The notes under the pieces are model-generated. The model was not told the origin of the DNA and did not search any database. It saw nothing but the letters and a program-made list of their open reading frames with translations. 64,000 bases of DNA from Candidatus Levyibacteriota bacterium (GTDB lineage Bacteria > Patescibacteriota > Microgenomatia > Levybacterales > UBA12049), in the NCBI GenBank assembly GCA_029260965.1, contig JAJDCG010000001.1:376012-440011 (forward strand). The letters are read 5' to 3'. Of this stretch, positions 1 to 9,419 are shown piece after piece. The translations under genes were made by a program, and so were the position numbers. Position 1 is the first letter of the stretch, and each line of letters begins with the position of its first letter.

Positions 1-93
1 ATAAAATCAAGGAGAATTAAAGCTTTTTAGAGTGTCCAGCAATGTTGATTGTTACCTCAATTCCCTGTGATTCTTTTTTGCAAAAAAGGTATT

Positions 94-227
94 TTATGTC
101 AGCGTTTTTCTGCAGTGTTTTTCAAGACTTGGGGTGAGGTCTTTCATGGCAACTGGTTTTGATAATCGCTACTGAAAGATTTTTTATGCTTCTATTTTGG
201 ATAGGAGATTTTTTGTTTTTTGAGCAT
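94..227 (-). pseudogene. ribH: Decayed 5' remnant of 6,7-dimethyl-8-ribityllumazine synthase
   Basis: ATG at 227 sits right after the riboflavin synthase stop. Joined across frame breaks it reads MLKKQKISYPK / KNLSVAIIKTSCHE / DLTPSLEKHCRKTLT*, resembling the RibH N-terminus. Contains stops and frameshifts. Confidence 0.55.
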
Positions 228-229
228 GA

Positions 230-808
230 TTATTTATTTACCAATTTTTCAATATATTTTGCAAGTACATCTATTTCTATATTGACCAAGTCATCGATTT
301 TTGCTTTGTGCAACATTGTTTTCATCCACGTATGAGGTATGATGCCGATTGTAAAATAGTTTTTTCCGATATCTATAACTGTGAGTGAAATTCCATTTAT
401 TGCTACAGAGCCTTTGGGTACTAGATATTTTAAGAGTTTCTTATCACCTGTAAATGTAAAAATACTACTGTTGCCATCTTTTGTAATTTTCAATATTTTG
501 CCTACACCATCAACATGTCCCTGGACTATGTGTCCAGATAGTAGAGTATCAGGGGTTGCAGGTAGTTCTAGATTTACAAGATCGCGTTTTGAAAGGGTAC
601 CGATGTTTGTTTTCTTTTCGGTTTCAGGCATAAAATCGATTGAAAAATCTGTGTTTGAAAACTCTGTAACGGTGAGGCAGATTCCATTTATCGAGATACT
701 TGATCCTGTCTTGAGTTTTTGTAATAATTTTTTCTCAGTTGATATAGTCAGTTTTCCATTTTGTTTATCAACAACTTTTCCAAGTTGTTCTATGATGCCT
801 GTGAACAT
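230..808 (-). CDS. ribE: Riboflavin synthase (alpha chain)
   Basis: MFTGII N-terminus, GSSISINGICLTV, GHIVQGHVDG, second repeat KGSVAINGISLTV. Start trimmed to ATG 808. Confidence 0.95.
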   Translation of the reverse strand: MFTGIIEQLGKVVDKQNGKLTISTEKKLLQKLKTGSSISINGICLTVTEFSNTDFSIDFMPETEKKTNIGTLSKRDLVNLELPATPDTLLSGHIVQGHVDGVGKILKITKDGNSSIFTFTGDKKLLKYLVPKGSVAINGISLTVIDIGKNYFTIGIIPHTWMKTMLHKAKIDDLVNIEIDVLAKYIEKLVNK

Positions 809-815
809 AGAGGTA

Positions 816-2168
816 TTATACAAAGAAAGATATGATTGTCGCAATGCCGGCAGCAGTCATAACTATAGTTATAAAAAAACCAAGAAAAGATATGACAGGG
901 TGATTTATTCTCTCCTTGACTACTTTTTTATTATTGGTCATCTGGACGATTAAGAAAAGTATAACTGGTGCGACAAGCCCATTGACAACAGCGGAATAGA
1001 TAAGAAGTTTAATTGGATCAAATCCGAGGAAATTAATATCCATTGCTAATATCATTGAGAGTATGATTACACCATAAAACGGTCTTGCCTGGTGAAGTGT
1101 ACGGAAAAGCCCTGAGCGCCATTTGAAGCTTTCGGCAACAGTGTATGCTGCAGAGCCTGCGAGAATTGGGACTGAGAGCAGTCCTGTTCCGATTATTCCT
1201 ATGGAAAAGAGCAAAAAAGCATATTCTCCTGCAAGAGGTCTGAGTGCACGGGCTGCATCTGATGCTGTATTTATAGAATGGATTCCGTTTGAGAACAGAA
1301 CTGCTGCAGTTGTCGCGATTATGGAGAACATGACAGCATTTGAGATAAACATCCCAGTCCAGACATCTATCCGCATTTTGCGTACTTCCTCGTTTGTTGT
1401 CTCTGATCTGAGTCTAATTGACGTCTTACCATGTTGTATTTCTTCTTCTATTTCATGTGATGTCTGCCAGAAAAAAAGATAGGGCGATATGGTTGTTCCC
1501 AGAATTGCAGTTACAATAAATATTTGGTCTTTTGTGAATTGGAATGATGGGATTAGGGCATGATGGATTAGGAGTCTTGGGTCAATTCTTACCAAGAAAG
1601 CTGTTATTACATAAGAAAAAAGTACAAGCACTAGATACTTTAGATATCTGGCGTATTTTTCGTAGGGCGTGAAGATTTGTAAACCTAGACAAAGGAAGCT
1701 AAAAAAAACTACCAGAACAGGAAAATTCATACTCGGATAAATAAGGCGTGTTGCTTCACTCATGGCGCCGATGTTTGCTGCGATGTTAAGTGTGTTTGCG
1801 CCAAAAAGTAGGGCTGCTGTTATATAGAGTACCCATCTGGGATAATTTATTCTGATATTTCCAGCAAGTCCGCGTCCTGTTGTGAGGCCGATTCTAGCGC
1901 ACATTTCCTGAACAATAGACATCAGAGGAAAGGTAAAAATAGACATCCATAGGAACTGAAATCCATACTTAGCACCAGTTTGTGAATATGTTGCGATTCC
2001 AGAAGGATCATCGTCAGCAGCTCCTGTAACAAATCCTGGTCCAAGTCCTCGCCAGAATCCACGGGCTCGAGTAAAGCTCCTGCCTTTGCCAAGTTTTTTA
2101 CCTGCCTCAATTCCCTTTTCAAGCATGATGGATGAACCCTCTGCCAATTCTTCAATTTCTTTTTCCAT
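816..2168 (-). CDS. NRAMP-family divalent metal transporter
   Basis: GPGFVTGAADDDPSGIATYSQTGA, QEMCARIGLTTG and ILGTTISPYLFFWQ motifs; about 11 TM segments. Confidence 0.9.
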   Translation of the reverse strand: MEKEIEELAEGSSIMLEKGIEAGKKLGKGRSFTRARGFWRGLGPGFVTGAADDDPSGIATYSQTGAKYGFQFLWMSIFTFPLMSIVQEMCARIGLTTGRGLAGNIRINYPRWVLYITAALLFGANTLNIAANIGAMSEATRLIYPSMNFPVLVVFFSFLCLGLQIFTPYEKYARYLKYLVLVLFSYVITAFLVRIDPRLLIHHALIPSFQFTKDQIFIVTAILGTTISPYLFFWQTSHEIEEEIQHGKTSIRLRSETTNEEVRKMRIDVWTGMFISNAVMFSIIATTAAVLFSNGIHSINTASDAARALRPLAGEYAFLLFSIGIIGTGLLSVPILAGSAAYTVAESFKWRSGLFRTLHQARPFYGVIILSMILAMDINFLGFDPIKLLIYSAVVNGLVAPVILFLIVQMTNNKKVVKERINHPVISFLGFFITIVMTAAGIATIISFFV

Positions 2169-2292
2169 ATATTAATTAAGACGATTTTTAACAATTTTGG
2201 CAATAGTCTTTTGAATACTTGCTATATATTGTGAGGCACTATGTGTGTCTTGACTTAATTTAATTAAACAAGTTAAATATTAACAGCGGTTT

Positions 2293-2664
2293 ATGAATAA
2301 AAAAGTTGGCATCGCTCTAGGATTGATAATCGTTTTATCAGGAATCGGTTTTTTTGTAAATAGCCCAACCACAACCTCCGACTCCTCAATAACAGCAGAA
2401 GATATACCAGAGAATACAGTAATTATCAAAGATTTTAAATTTAACCCTCCTAAATTAACTGTAAAAAAGGGTACTACAGTAACTTTTATAAATGAGGATG
2501 TGGCTCAGCACAATGCAGTGGACGATGATGAAAAACCCGCAGGTCCTGATGGTCCGTTGCTTCTCAAGGGAAAAAAATATGAATACACCCCAACTGAAAC
2601 TGGAGAATTTAACTATCATTGCGCGCCTCATCCATTTATGAAGGGCAGAATTGAGGTAATCTAA
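2293..2664 (+). CDS. Membrane-anchored cupredoxin (plastocyanin/amicyanin-like blue copper protein)
   Basis: N-terminal hydrophobic anchor, FNPPKLTVKKGTTVTFIN, type-1 Cu ligands HNAV and YHCAPHPFM. Confidence 0.9.
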   Translation: MNKKVGIALGLIIVLSGIGFFVNSPTTTSDSSITAEDIPENTVIIKDFKFNPPKLTVKKGTTVTFINEDVAQHNAVDDDEKPAGPDGPLLLKGKKYEYTPTETGEFNYHCAPHPFMKGRIEVI

Positions 2665-2694
2665 TAGAGAGTAAAGAGAGGGGGTGAATAAAAC

Positions 2695-3069
2695 ATGAAT
2701 GTTAAATCAGTATCAATGTGGGTTGGTGTTTTTTTCCTGGTATTAGGAATTATCGGGTTTGTCCCAGCTCTTACTCCAGACGGATTAGTGCTTGGTCTTT
2801 TCCTGGTTGACCCATTGCACAATATCGTCCATATATTGACAGGTGTAGTAGCAGTTTTTGCTGCAATGTCTAGTGTAAATGCTGCCAAAGTCTATTTTCA
2901 GGTTTTTGGAGTAGTCTATGCGTTAGTTACGGTTCTTGGATTTATGACTGGAACAGGATTATTTGGTCTCTTGCCAGTAAATCTAGCCGATAACGTATTC
3001 CATCTAGCTGTAACAGCTGTATATTTATACTATGGATTTGGAGGATCAAGTTCTTCAGCAAAAGCCTAG
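2695..3069 (+). CDS. Small 4-TM membrane protein (DUF4383-like)
   Basis: GLFLVDPLHNIVHILTG and NLADNVFHL motifs; GAGGGGG SD-like sequence upstream. Confidence 0.75.
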   Translation: MNVKSVSMWVGVFFLVLGIIGFVPALTPDGLVLGLFLVDPLHNIVHILTGVVAVFAAMSSVNAAKVYFQVFGVVYALVTVLGFMTGTGLFGLLPVNLADNVFHLAVTAVYLYYGFGGSSSSAKA

Positions 3070-3081
3070 TGGATTTTTTAG

Positions 3082-3116
3082 TAAGCGGTCTGTTCTCAAA
3101 AGGAACAGATCGCTTA
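3082..3116. terminator. Probable bidirectional intrinsic terminator hairpin
   Basis: TAAGCGGTCTGTTC-7 nt-GAACAGATCGCTTA, a 14-bp stem with one G.U, lying between convergent genes. Confidence 0.75.
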
Positions 3117-3135
3117 TTTAGTGTTGGGTTGATAC

Positions 3136-3426
3136 TTATTTCTCAGTTTTCACAGTAGGCCAACCGTGCGGATTTGAAGGAGTTATAGGACCGTGATGTA
3201 TTTCAGTATTAGGTCTGTTGGCAGAATTCATTATTTCTTCAGTCAATTTTTCGCGAATGTTAGTTGGGGAGTTAGCTATCATCTTTTCTATGTTTTTAAT
3301 TTGCTGTTGTGCGTCTTCGGGAGTTAGCCCAGCAGTTATTTTTCTTTCCCTCACCTTTTCCAATGCATCCTTGAGAGTCTTGACTGGTTCATTTATGGTA
3401 ATTGTTGATTCTGGGCTTTCTGGCAT
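3136..3426 (-). CDS. Hypothetical protein
   Basis: 96-aa hydrophilic ORF filling the gap; TATAAT 9 nt upstream of ATG; converges on the terminator. Confidence 0.6.
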   Translation of the reverse strand: MPESPESTITINEPVKTLKDALEKVRERKITAGLTPEDAQQQIKNIEKMIANSPTNIREKLTEEIMNSANRPNTEIHHGPITPSNPHGWPTVKTEK

Positions 3427-3502
3427 GATAAATCTATTATAGAAGCTTATTTATTCTTGTCAAGGCTGGATGGTAAATGATATGATGTTTGCGGTAGATA
3501 TT

Positions 3503-4897
3503 ATGGAAAGGATATTGGTAAAAAATACTTCGGGTTTAATTAATCAAGAAATACTGGTTCAGGGTTTTGTGCAGGCACGGCGTGATCATGGCAAGCTAAT
3601 TTTTATTGACCTTCGCGATAGGACGGGACTTCTTCAGGTCGTATTCAATCCTCGTGTCGCACAGGATGCCCACAAGATAGCATCAAATTTGCGTCCTGAA
3701 TATGCAGTTTCGGTCAGGGGTACGGTCAAAAAAAGACCTGAGCATATGATTAATGAAAAAATCATTAGTGGTACAGTTGAGCTGGAGGCAGTAGAGATTG
3801 ATATACTTTCCAAAGCTGATACACTCCCATTTGATATGGGTGGTGAGAGCTTGGATGTTGAGCTGCCAACACTTCTGGATCACCGCGCGCTTACACTTAG
3901 ACATGAAAGGGTTAAGAAAATATTTGAAATCCAAGCAGCGATAATTGAGGAATTCCGCAGAGCATCACTTGACCTTGATTGTACGGAGGTAGTTGTCCCA
4001 ACCATTGCATCTGGCGCGACAGAAGGAGGCGCCGAGGTCTTCCCAATTGATTATTTTGGTCACCATGCATTCCTAACTCAGAGCCCACAGCTCTATAAAC
4101 AAATAATGGTGGGTGTTTTTGAACGAGTTTTTCTCATTGCCAAAGCATACAGGGCAGAGCCGTCTGTAACTACTAGGCATTTAACTGAAGCTACACAAAT
4201 GGATATTGAGATTGGGTTTATAAAGGATTTTACAGAGCTTCTTGACGCTCTTGAAAAAGTGGGGGTTGCGATGATCAATAATGTTTCTGAAAAGCATCCT
4301 GAAATCTTAAAAGAATTTGGAGTTGACAAACCTCTTGTTCCGACAAAAATCCCCCGTCTCACTCTGAGAGAGGCGCAAGAAATAATAAGCAAAAGAACAA
4401 ATCGCGACCTTTCAAAAGAGATGGATCTAAACCCTGAAGATGAGCGCGAGATATGTAAGTGGGCAAGGACTGAGCATAAATCAGATTTTGTTACCATCAC
4501 TCATTTTCCAACCAAAAAACGTGCGTTCTATACTATGCCCGATCCAGCGGATCCAGAATACAGTCTCTCATATGATCTTTTATTTAGGGGTATTGAGGTT
4601 CTCAGTGGGTCTGAGCGTATTCATGATTACGATCAGCTAGTAGAAGCTATGAAACACAAGGGAGTAGATCCAGCGAATTTTGGTATCTATCTCCAAGCCT
4701 TCAAATACGGCATGCCTCCAGAAGGAGGGTTTTCATTTGGATTGGAAAGGCTTACAATGAAATTACTGGAGTTAACAAACGTAAGGGAAGCATCACTCTT
4801 CCCACGCGATATGGAACGCATTGATGAAAGATTCTCAAAAACAGAAGAAGAAAAAGAGGTACTTCAAAAAAACAAATCCTCAGAAAGAAACAACTAA
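3503..4897 (+). CDS. aspS: Aspartyl-tRNA synthetase, short archaeal-type, probably non-discriminating (Asp/Asn)
   Basis: RRDHGKLIFIDLRD, LTQSPQLYKQ, YRAEPSVTTRHLTE, GMPPEGGFSFGLERL; no GAD insertion. Confidence 0.92.
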   Translation: MERILVKNTSGLINQEILVQGFVQARRDHGKLIFIDLRDRTGLLQVVFNPRVAQDAHKIASNLRPEYAVSVRGTVKKRPEHMINEKIISGTVELEAVEIDILSKADTLPFDMGGESLDVELPTLLDHRALTLRHERVKKIFEIQAAIIEEFRRASLDLDCTEVVVPTIASGATEGGAEVFPIDYFGHHAFLTQSPQLYKQIMVGVFERVFLIAKAYRAEPSVTTRHLTEATQMDIEIGFIKDFTELLDALEKVGVAMINNVSEKHPEILKEFGVDKPLVPTKIPRLTLREAQEIISKRTNRDLSKEMDLNPEDEREICKWARTEHKSDFVTITHFPTKKRAFYTMPDPADPEYSLSYDLLFRGIEVLSGSERIHDYDQLVEAMKHKGVDPANFGIYLQAFKYGMPPEGGFSFGLERLTMKLLELTNVREASLFPRDMERIDERFSKTEEEKEVLQKNKSSERNN

Positions 4898-5897
4898 ACC
4901 AACTCCAAAGGAAACAGTTGTATATAAATCAAAGAAGAGAAATCTTAATTTTGATATTTTTTTTAAAAAACATGAGATAAATATTCAGTTGTTTTTGATT
5001 GTATTTATTTTACTAGTTATTTTCGCTACGCTTTTTTTTGTAAATAAGCATCTCTCTATAGAAAGAGTATCAGTTTCAGCTGAAAAAGACCTGAGCATAG
5101 GAGGCAATGGACTGCTTCCTGTTCTGTTAAATGATTTTAGACCATCTGTTTCGGCTAGGGCTGCGATAATAACTGATTCCAGTTCTCAGAAAATTCTTTT
5201 CGCAAAAAATTCCGACCTCAGACTTTCAACTGCATCTACGGCAAAGATAATGACTGCGCTTGTAGCGCTCTCTCACTACAAAGAAGGTGATATTTTAACT
5301 ATAGCTCCAAGAATTGTTGAGGGATCTAGGCTTGGTTTCCTGCCTGGGCAACAATATTATTTCAAAGATGTGCTTCTTGCGCTCATGCTTCCTTCTGCAA
5401 ATGATGCAGCCTATGCGATTGCAGATAATTATCCTGGCGGTTACAGTGCTTTTATTGAGGCAATGAATAAAAAAGCAAGAGAGTTGGGGCTCTCAAATAC
5501 ACATTTTTCAGATCCTGCGGGACTAGAGGATGATACTAGTTATACAACAGTTGTTGACATGGCGAGGCTCGCATCAATTGCAATTAAAAATCCCACTTTT
5601 AAAAAAGTTGTTTCGATCAGGGAGGCAGCAATAAGCGGAATAACTGGTTATCCTTATTTTGAAATTGAGAATCTAAATGAACTTTTGGGTACTAGGGGCG
5701 TGATAGGTATAAAAACAGGCACAACAGTTGGTGCTGGTGAAGTACTTGTGACCTCGGTTGAATATCAGGACAGTATATTTATAATAGTGGTTATGCAGAG
5801 TCAGGATAGATTTACTGATACGTTGACACTGATTGATTTTTTAGAGAATAATGTATTTTTTATAAAACCTGATATAAATTCATATGTCAAAAATTAA
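4824..5897 (+). CDS. D-alanyl-D-alanine carboxypeptidase (peptidase S11), membrane-anchored
   Basis: ASTAK (SxxK), SAN (SxN) and KTG motifs; N-terminal TM. Start uncertain because it overlaps the aspS 3' end. Confidence 0.9.
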   Translation: MKDSQKQKKKKRYFKKTNPQKETTKPTPKETVVYKSKKRNLNFDIFFKKHEINIQLFLIVFILLVIFATLFFVNKHLSIERVSVSAEKDLSIGGNGLLPVLLNDFRPSVSARAAIITDSSSQKILFAKNSDLRLSTASTAKIMTALVALSHYKEGDILTIAPRIVEGSRLGFLPGQQYYFKDVLLALMLPSANDAAYAIADNYPGGYSAFIEAMNKKARELGLSNTHFSDPAGLEDDTSYTTVVDMARLASIAIKNPTFKKVVSIREAAISGITGYPYFEIENLNELLGTRGVIGIKTGTTVGAGEVLVTSVEYQDSIFIIVVMQSQDRFTDTLTLIDFLENNVFFIKPDINSYVKN

Positions 5898-8229
5898 ATT
5901 AGTCATATTTCTTTTAATATTTGTATTTACTTTCTTGCATTCTGCAAAGTCTGTGTTGGCAACAGGGGAATCTAAACCAACGGTTACAGTTGTAAATCCT
6001 ATTCGGGGACCACAGTTGGGTCTTGAAGGAAGAGATTTACTAGAAAGTCTTGAGGGTCATTGGAAAGCAACAAAAGATGAAAATATTGGTGCTACCTGGC
6101 TTTGGCAATATTCAGCACTTGAGGATGATGAGCTTGTACAGTTTGCAAAATCGAATATGTCAAATCAGGAATTTGGTATCTTTCTGGAGATTGACAAAAA
6201 TTTTGCAGAAAAAACAAATGTTAGATACAGAGGAATTGGTCCATGGTTTCTTTCAGACGGATTATTTCCTACCTCATATGAACAGGGTGAGAGGGAAAAA
6301 TTTATAACTAACGTTTTTGAAACTTTCAGAGAAAGGTTTGGTTATTATCCAAAAACAGTCGGTGCTTGGTGGGTTGGAGCAGAGTCAATTAAATTCATGA
6401 AAGAAAAGTATGGAGTAATTGCTGTGCTGCAGTGCGCTGATCAATTTATGACAGATAGATATTCAATTTGGGGGACTCCATGGAGTATTCCTTATGTGCC
6501 TTCGTCTATAAATTCAGGCATACCTGCACAATCTTCTTTTTACAAAATTGACGATGTTGTAGTAATCCAGTGGGCAATGCGAGATCCTGTTAATGGGTAC
6601 GGGGAATCAGTAGAGTATAGCACTTTTAGTATTCAGGATTATACATTAAAAAAATATGACCCTAAATCATACCTTGAATATCTTAGGAAAATTTATTTAA
6701 AAAGACAGTTTGATCATATGGTTGTGGGACTGGAGTCAGGATTTGGAGGTGCTTCATATGGTGGAATGTATCAAGACAATTTGAAAGTCATAGCGGAGTG
6801 GAGAAATGAGGAAAAAGTGCAGGTTCAGACAGCTGTTGATTATGCGTTAGGATTTATAGATGCAAATATTATATTTCCACCAACAAGTCACTTTTTAAGT
6901 AGTGGATTTGATAGTCAGGATCAAGCATTTTGGTACCACTCTCCAGGTTACAGAATTGGAATAAAAAAAGAAGGAGATCGGGTTTATCTGATCGACTTGA
7001 GGGATTATACTCAGACTCCTGCGGAAGAGTTTTATGTCTTGCCCAATACAAATGAATATTTCCGTATAAATACAGCTGCGATAATTGATTCTGTTAGATT
7101 TCCAGAAGAGAAAGTATTGCTTTTCTCATCCGATGAACAGCTGAAAACTGAGGAAAACAATGGTGGTGTTTCTTTATATGCTGGTGATAAGAAGATAGTA
7201 GATCTTAACAAATCAAAAATTATTTTTTCTGAAGTCAAAGAGTCAGAAAAGTTCAGCAGACTGTCGGATAGGGTTAATCTTTTGGAAGATGGGATAATTG
7301 TTGCATTTGATAATTTTAGATTCAATATGGCTGTTTTGAGTGTAATTGTGCCACTATTTTTGTATGTGATGTATTTGATTTATTTTTATCGTGGAAAAGT
7401 AAAAAGGTTGTTAATAAATTTTTTCTATTTGATTTTAGGTATTGTTGCTCTTTATCCAATATACTCAAGTGGTGCTTTTTTTCAAGATGCAATAGGATTT
7501 AGCAGGTTTGGGTTCCAAATGTTTGAATATGTAAAATTTATACCTCTTAATCCAGAGCACAAGATTCTATTTATCTATCAGATCATTCCAATAAGTTTTA
7601 TTATTGTTTTTCATTTTTTGGTCATTAAATTTATTAAAAAAGCAAGCGTTATCCTAGCGATTTATACAGTTTTGTTAGTTTTATATTTTGCTTATTTTGG
7701 AGACCATATTTCAGATATTCAAAACTTCTTTAACCTGGGAAGAAGAGCCAAGTTGATTGTTTTTGCGTTTGCAGCGTTAATTTTTGGAGGAATTTGGCTT
7801 ATGTACGATCTTTTTACACGAAAAAAGGAACGAACTCTTAAATTAATATTTATCGGGATTGTTATTTCAATTTTGTTTTTGTACAGAGGTGACATATTTG
7901 GCCATAGGCATTATATAATTTTACCGTTTGAAATGTCAGCATTGGAAAAGGTGTATGAAGTGCGAGAAGATGTTTTGTATAGGCTGCCAGATTTTGATCA
8001 GAGAAGTTATCAGTCTGTCACGCCTCTATTAATTTTAGATGTAAAGTATATGGAGGCATTAACGGCTGTTGAATGGGAGGTTGTTGAAAAAGAAGATATT
8101 GTTTTAGAATTGAAAAATAGAAAAGCAAAATTAATATTTTTACCAAGATATTTAGGCGCAGGTATGAGTCATGCTGACAAGCTGGAGAAAATTTTCGACA
8201 ATGGACAGATAGCTATATTTAAGGATTAG
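5884..8229 (+). CDS. Secreted glycoside-hydrolase/deacetylase-like barrel domain fused to a multi-TM domain
   Basis: Signal peptide; FGYYPKTVGAWW and QCADQ...IWGTPWSIPYVPS motifs (DUF3863-like by recall); about 6 TM segments in the C-terminal half. Confidence 0.55.
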   Translation: MSKIKLVIFLLIFVFTFLHSAKSVLATGESKPTVTVVNPIRGPQLGLEGRDLLESLEGHWKATKDENIGATWLWQYSALEDDELVQFAKSNMSNQEFGIFLEIDKNFAEKTNVRYRGIGPWFLSDGLFPTSYEQGEREKFITNVFETFRERFGYYPKTVGAWWVGAESIKFMKEKYGVIAVLQCADQFMTDRYSIWGTPWSIPYVPSSINSGIPAQSSFYKIDDVVVIQWAMRDPVNGYGESVEYSTFSIQDYTLKKYDPKSYLEYLRKIYLKRQFDHMVVGLESGFGGASYGGMYQDNLKVIAEWRNEEKVQVQTAVDYALGFIDANIIFPPTSHFLSSGFDSQDQAFWYHSPGYRIGIKKEGDRVYLIDLRDYTQTPAEEFYVLPNTNEYFRINTAAIIDSVRFPEEKVLLFSSDEQLKTEENNGGVSLYAGDKKIVDLNKSKIIFSEVKESEKFSRLSDRVNLLEDGIIVAFDNFRFNMAVLSVIVPLFLYVMYLIYFYRGKVKRLLINFFYLILGIVALYPIYSSGAFFQDAIGFSRFGFQMFEYVKFIPLNPEHKILFIYQIIPISFIIVFHFLVIKFIKKASVILAIYTVLLVLYFAYFGDHISDIQNFFNLGRRAKLIVFAFAALIFGGIWLMYDLFTRKKERTLKLIFIGIVISILFLYRGDIFGHRHYIILPFEMSALEKVYEVREDVLYRLPDFDQRSYQSVTPLLILDVKYMEALTAVEWEVVEKEDIVLELKNRKAKLIFLPRYLGAGMSHADKLEKIFDNGQIAIFKD

Positions 8230-9331
8230 TCTGGCTTTTTATTGCTGGGACGTAGGCTTTGAACTCATCTTGCCCTTCAAAAACAATTACAGGCATTAGA
8301 TATTGCTGCTCATTCTTGTCTATGTAATATGCTAAAAAGATATTTGTGATTAATATCTGATCATCAAGCCCTTGGAAAGATGCGATATAAGCTTTGCCAT
8401 CTTTTAGTTCTTCAAATGCTTCATTTGGCGTCTTGACTGGATAAGTCGAGAATTCATCAAAGGTAATTTCTTTATGGGTAAAATCAGCCCTCACAACCTC
8501 TGGAAAAGATCTACCAGATGCAATCCAAAAACTCATTGTAGAAAAAGGAGGGTTTGGATATACGATTGGTGCCTTTATTTTCAATTTTTCCGTATCTTTG
8601 AATCCCGTATCCATTTCGTACTCAAGATCTTTTTGAAATAAATCAACCCTGATAACCTGTGTGGTTGCGAGGCTTGTGGCTGGTGCAAGAGAGTTATTCT
8701 GAATTGAAAACAATTTCGGTTCTTTTGTTTTAGCAGGGTCAATATCTTCTGGCAGTAAATCAATTTTTTCTAGGAATGACAGTGATACTTCTTTTGCTCC
8801 AGCTTGGTCAGAAAGATTTTGCCCTCCCCTTACTGTTAGATTGGTTAAAAATCCTGAATCCATAATGAAGTTAAACGATACGATGTCAAGCGTGATTTTT
8901 CTTCTTAATTCTTTTTTTTCTGACCATTCATACTTACCCCCTCCTAGGGAAGTTTCTGGGACTGGTTGTCCTAGTTCATCTGTTATGCCTATTTTTGCAA
9001 TTTTTTCTTTTGCTTTTTCAAGGTTCAATAGGTTTGGAGTTGGTTTTTTTATTTTATAAACATGAAGTCTATCTGGAAAATCTTGAGGTAGCTCGCCCGT
9101 TATCGTATTTATTGTATATGTTTTTTTTCTTGTTATGCCACTTTCAGGGAATTGCATAACAGGTAGCTGTCCAAACGCCATTTCTGGTTCAGTCGCGCGG
9201 GGAGGAGCTATAATATTTTTTATAAACCCTCCTAGCTGGAAAATTAAAACTAGTACTATTATTCCGACTATTGCTGCTCCTGCCCCGATTGCTACCTTTT
9301 TGGAATTTTCTGTTACATTATGTAGGGTCAT
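8219..9331 (-). CDS. Membrane-anchored hypothetical protein
   Basis: 370-aa ORF from ATG 9331 (TATACT 6 nt upstream); single N-terminal TM; C-terminal LAYY...YLMPVIVFEG. Confidence 0.8.
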   Translation of the reverse strand: MTLHNVTENSKKVAIGAGAAIVGIIVLVLIFQLGGFIKNIIAPPRATEPEMAFGQLPVMQFPESGITRKKTYTINTITGELPQDFPDRLHVYKIKKPTPNLLNLEKAKEKIAKIGITDELGQPVPETSLGGGKYEWSEKKELRRKITLDIVSFNFIMDSGFLTNLTVRGGQNLSDQAGAKEVSLSFLEKIDLLPEDIDPAKTKEPKLFSIQNNSLAPATSLATTQVIRVDLFQKDLEYEMDTGFKDTEKLKIKAPIVYPNPPFSTMSFWIASGRSFPEVVRADFTHKEITFDEFSTYPVKTPNEAFEELKDGKAYIASFQGLDDQILITNIFLAYYIDKNEQQYLMPVIVFEGQDEFKAYVPAIKSQTNP

Positions 9332-9419
9332 ATATTGAGTATATGGCAAAATTTGCGTATAATGCAAGGAGGCTTGATGCTGATAGTGAATGCCAGACAA
9401 CAAAAGCTGTGATAAGTTT

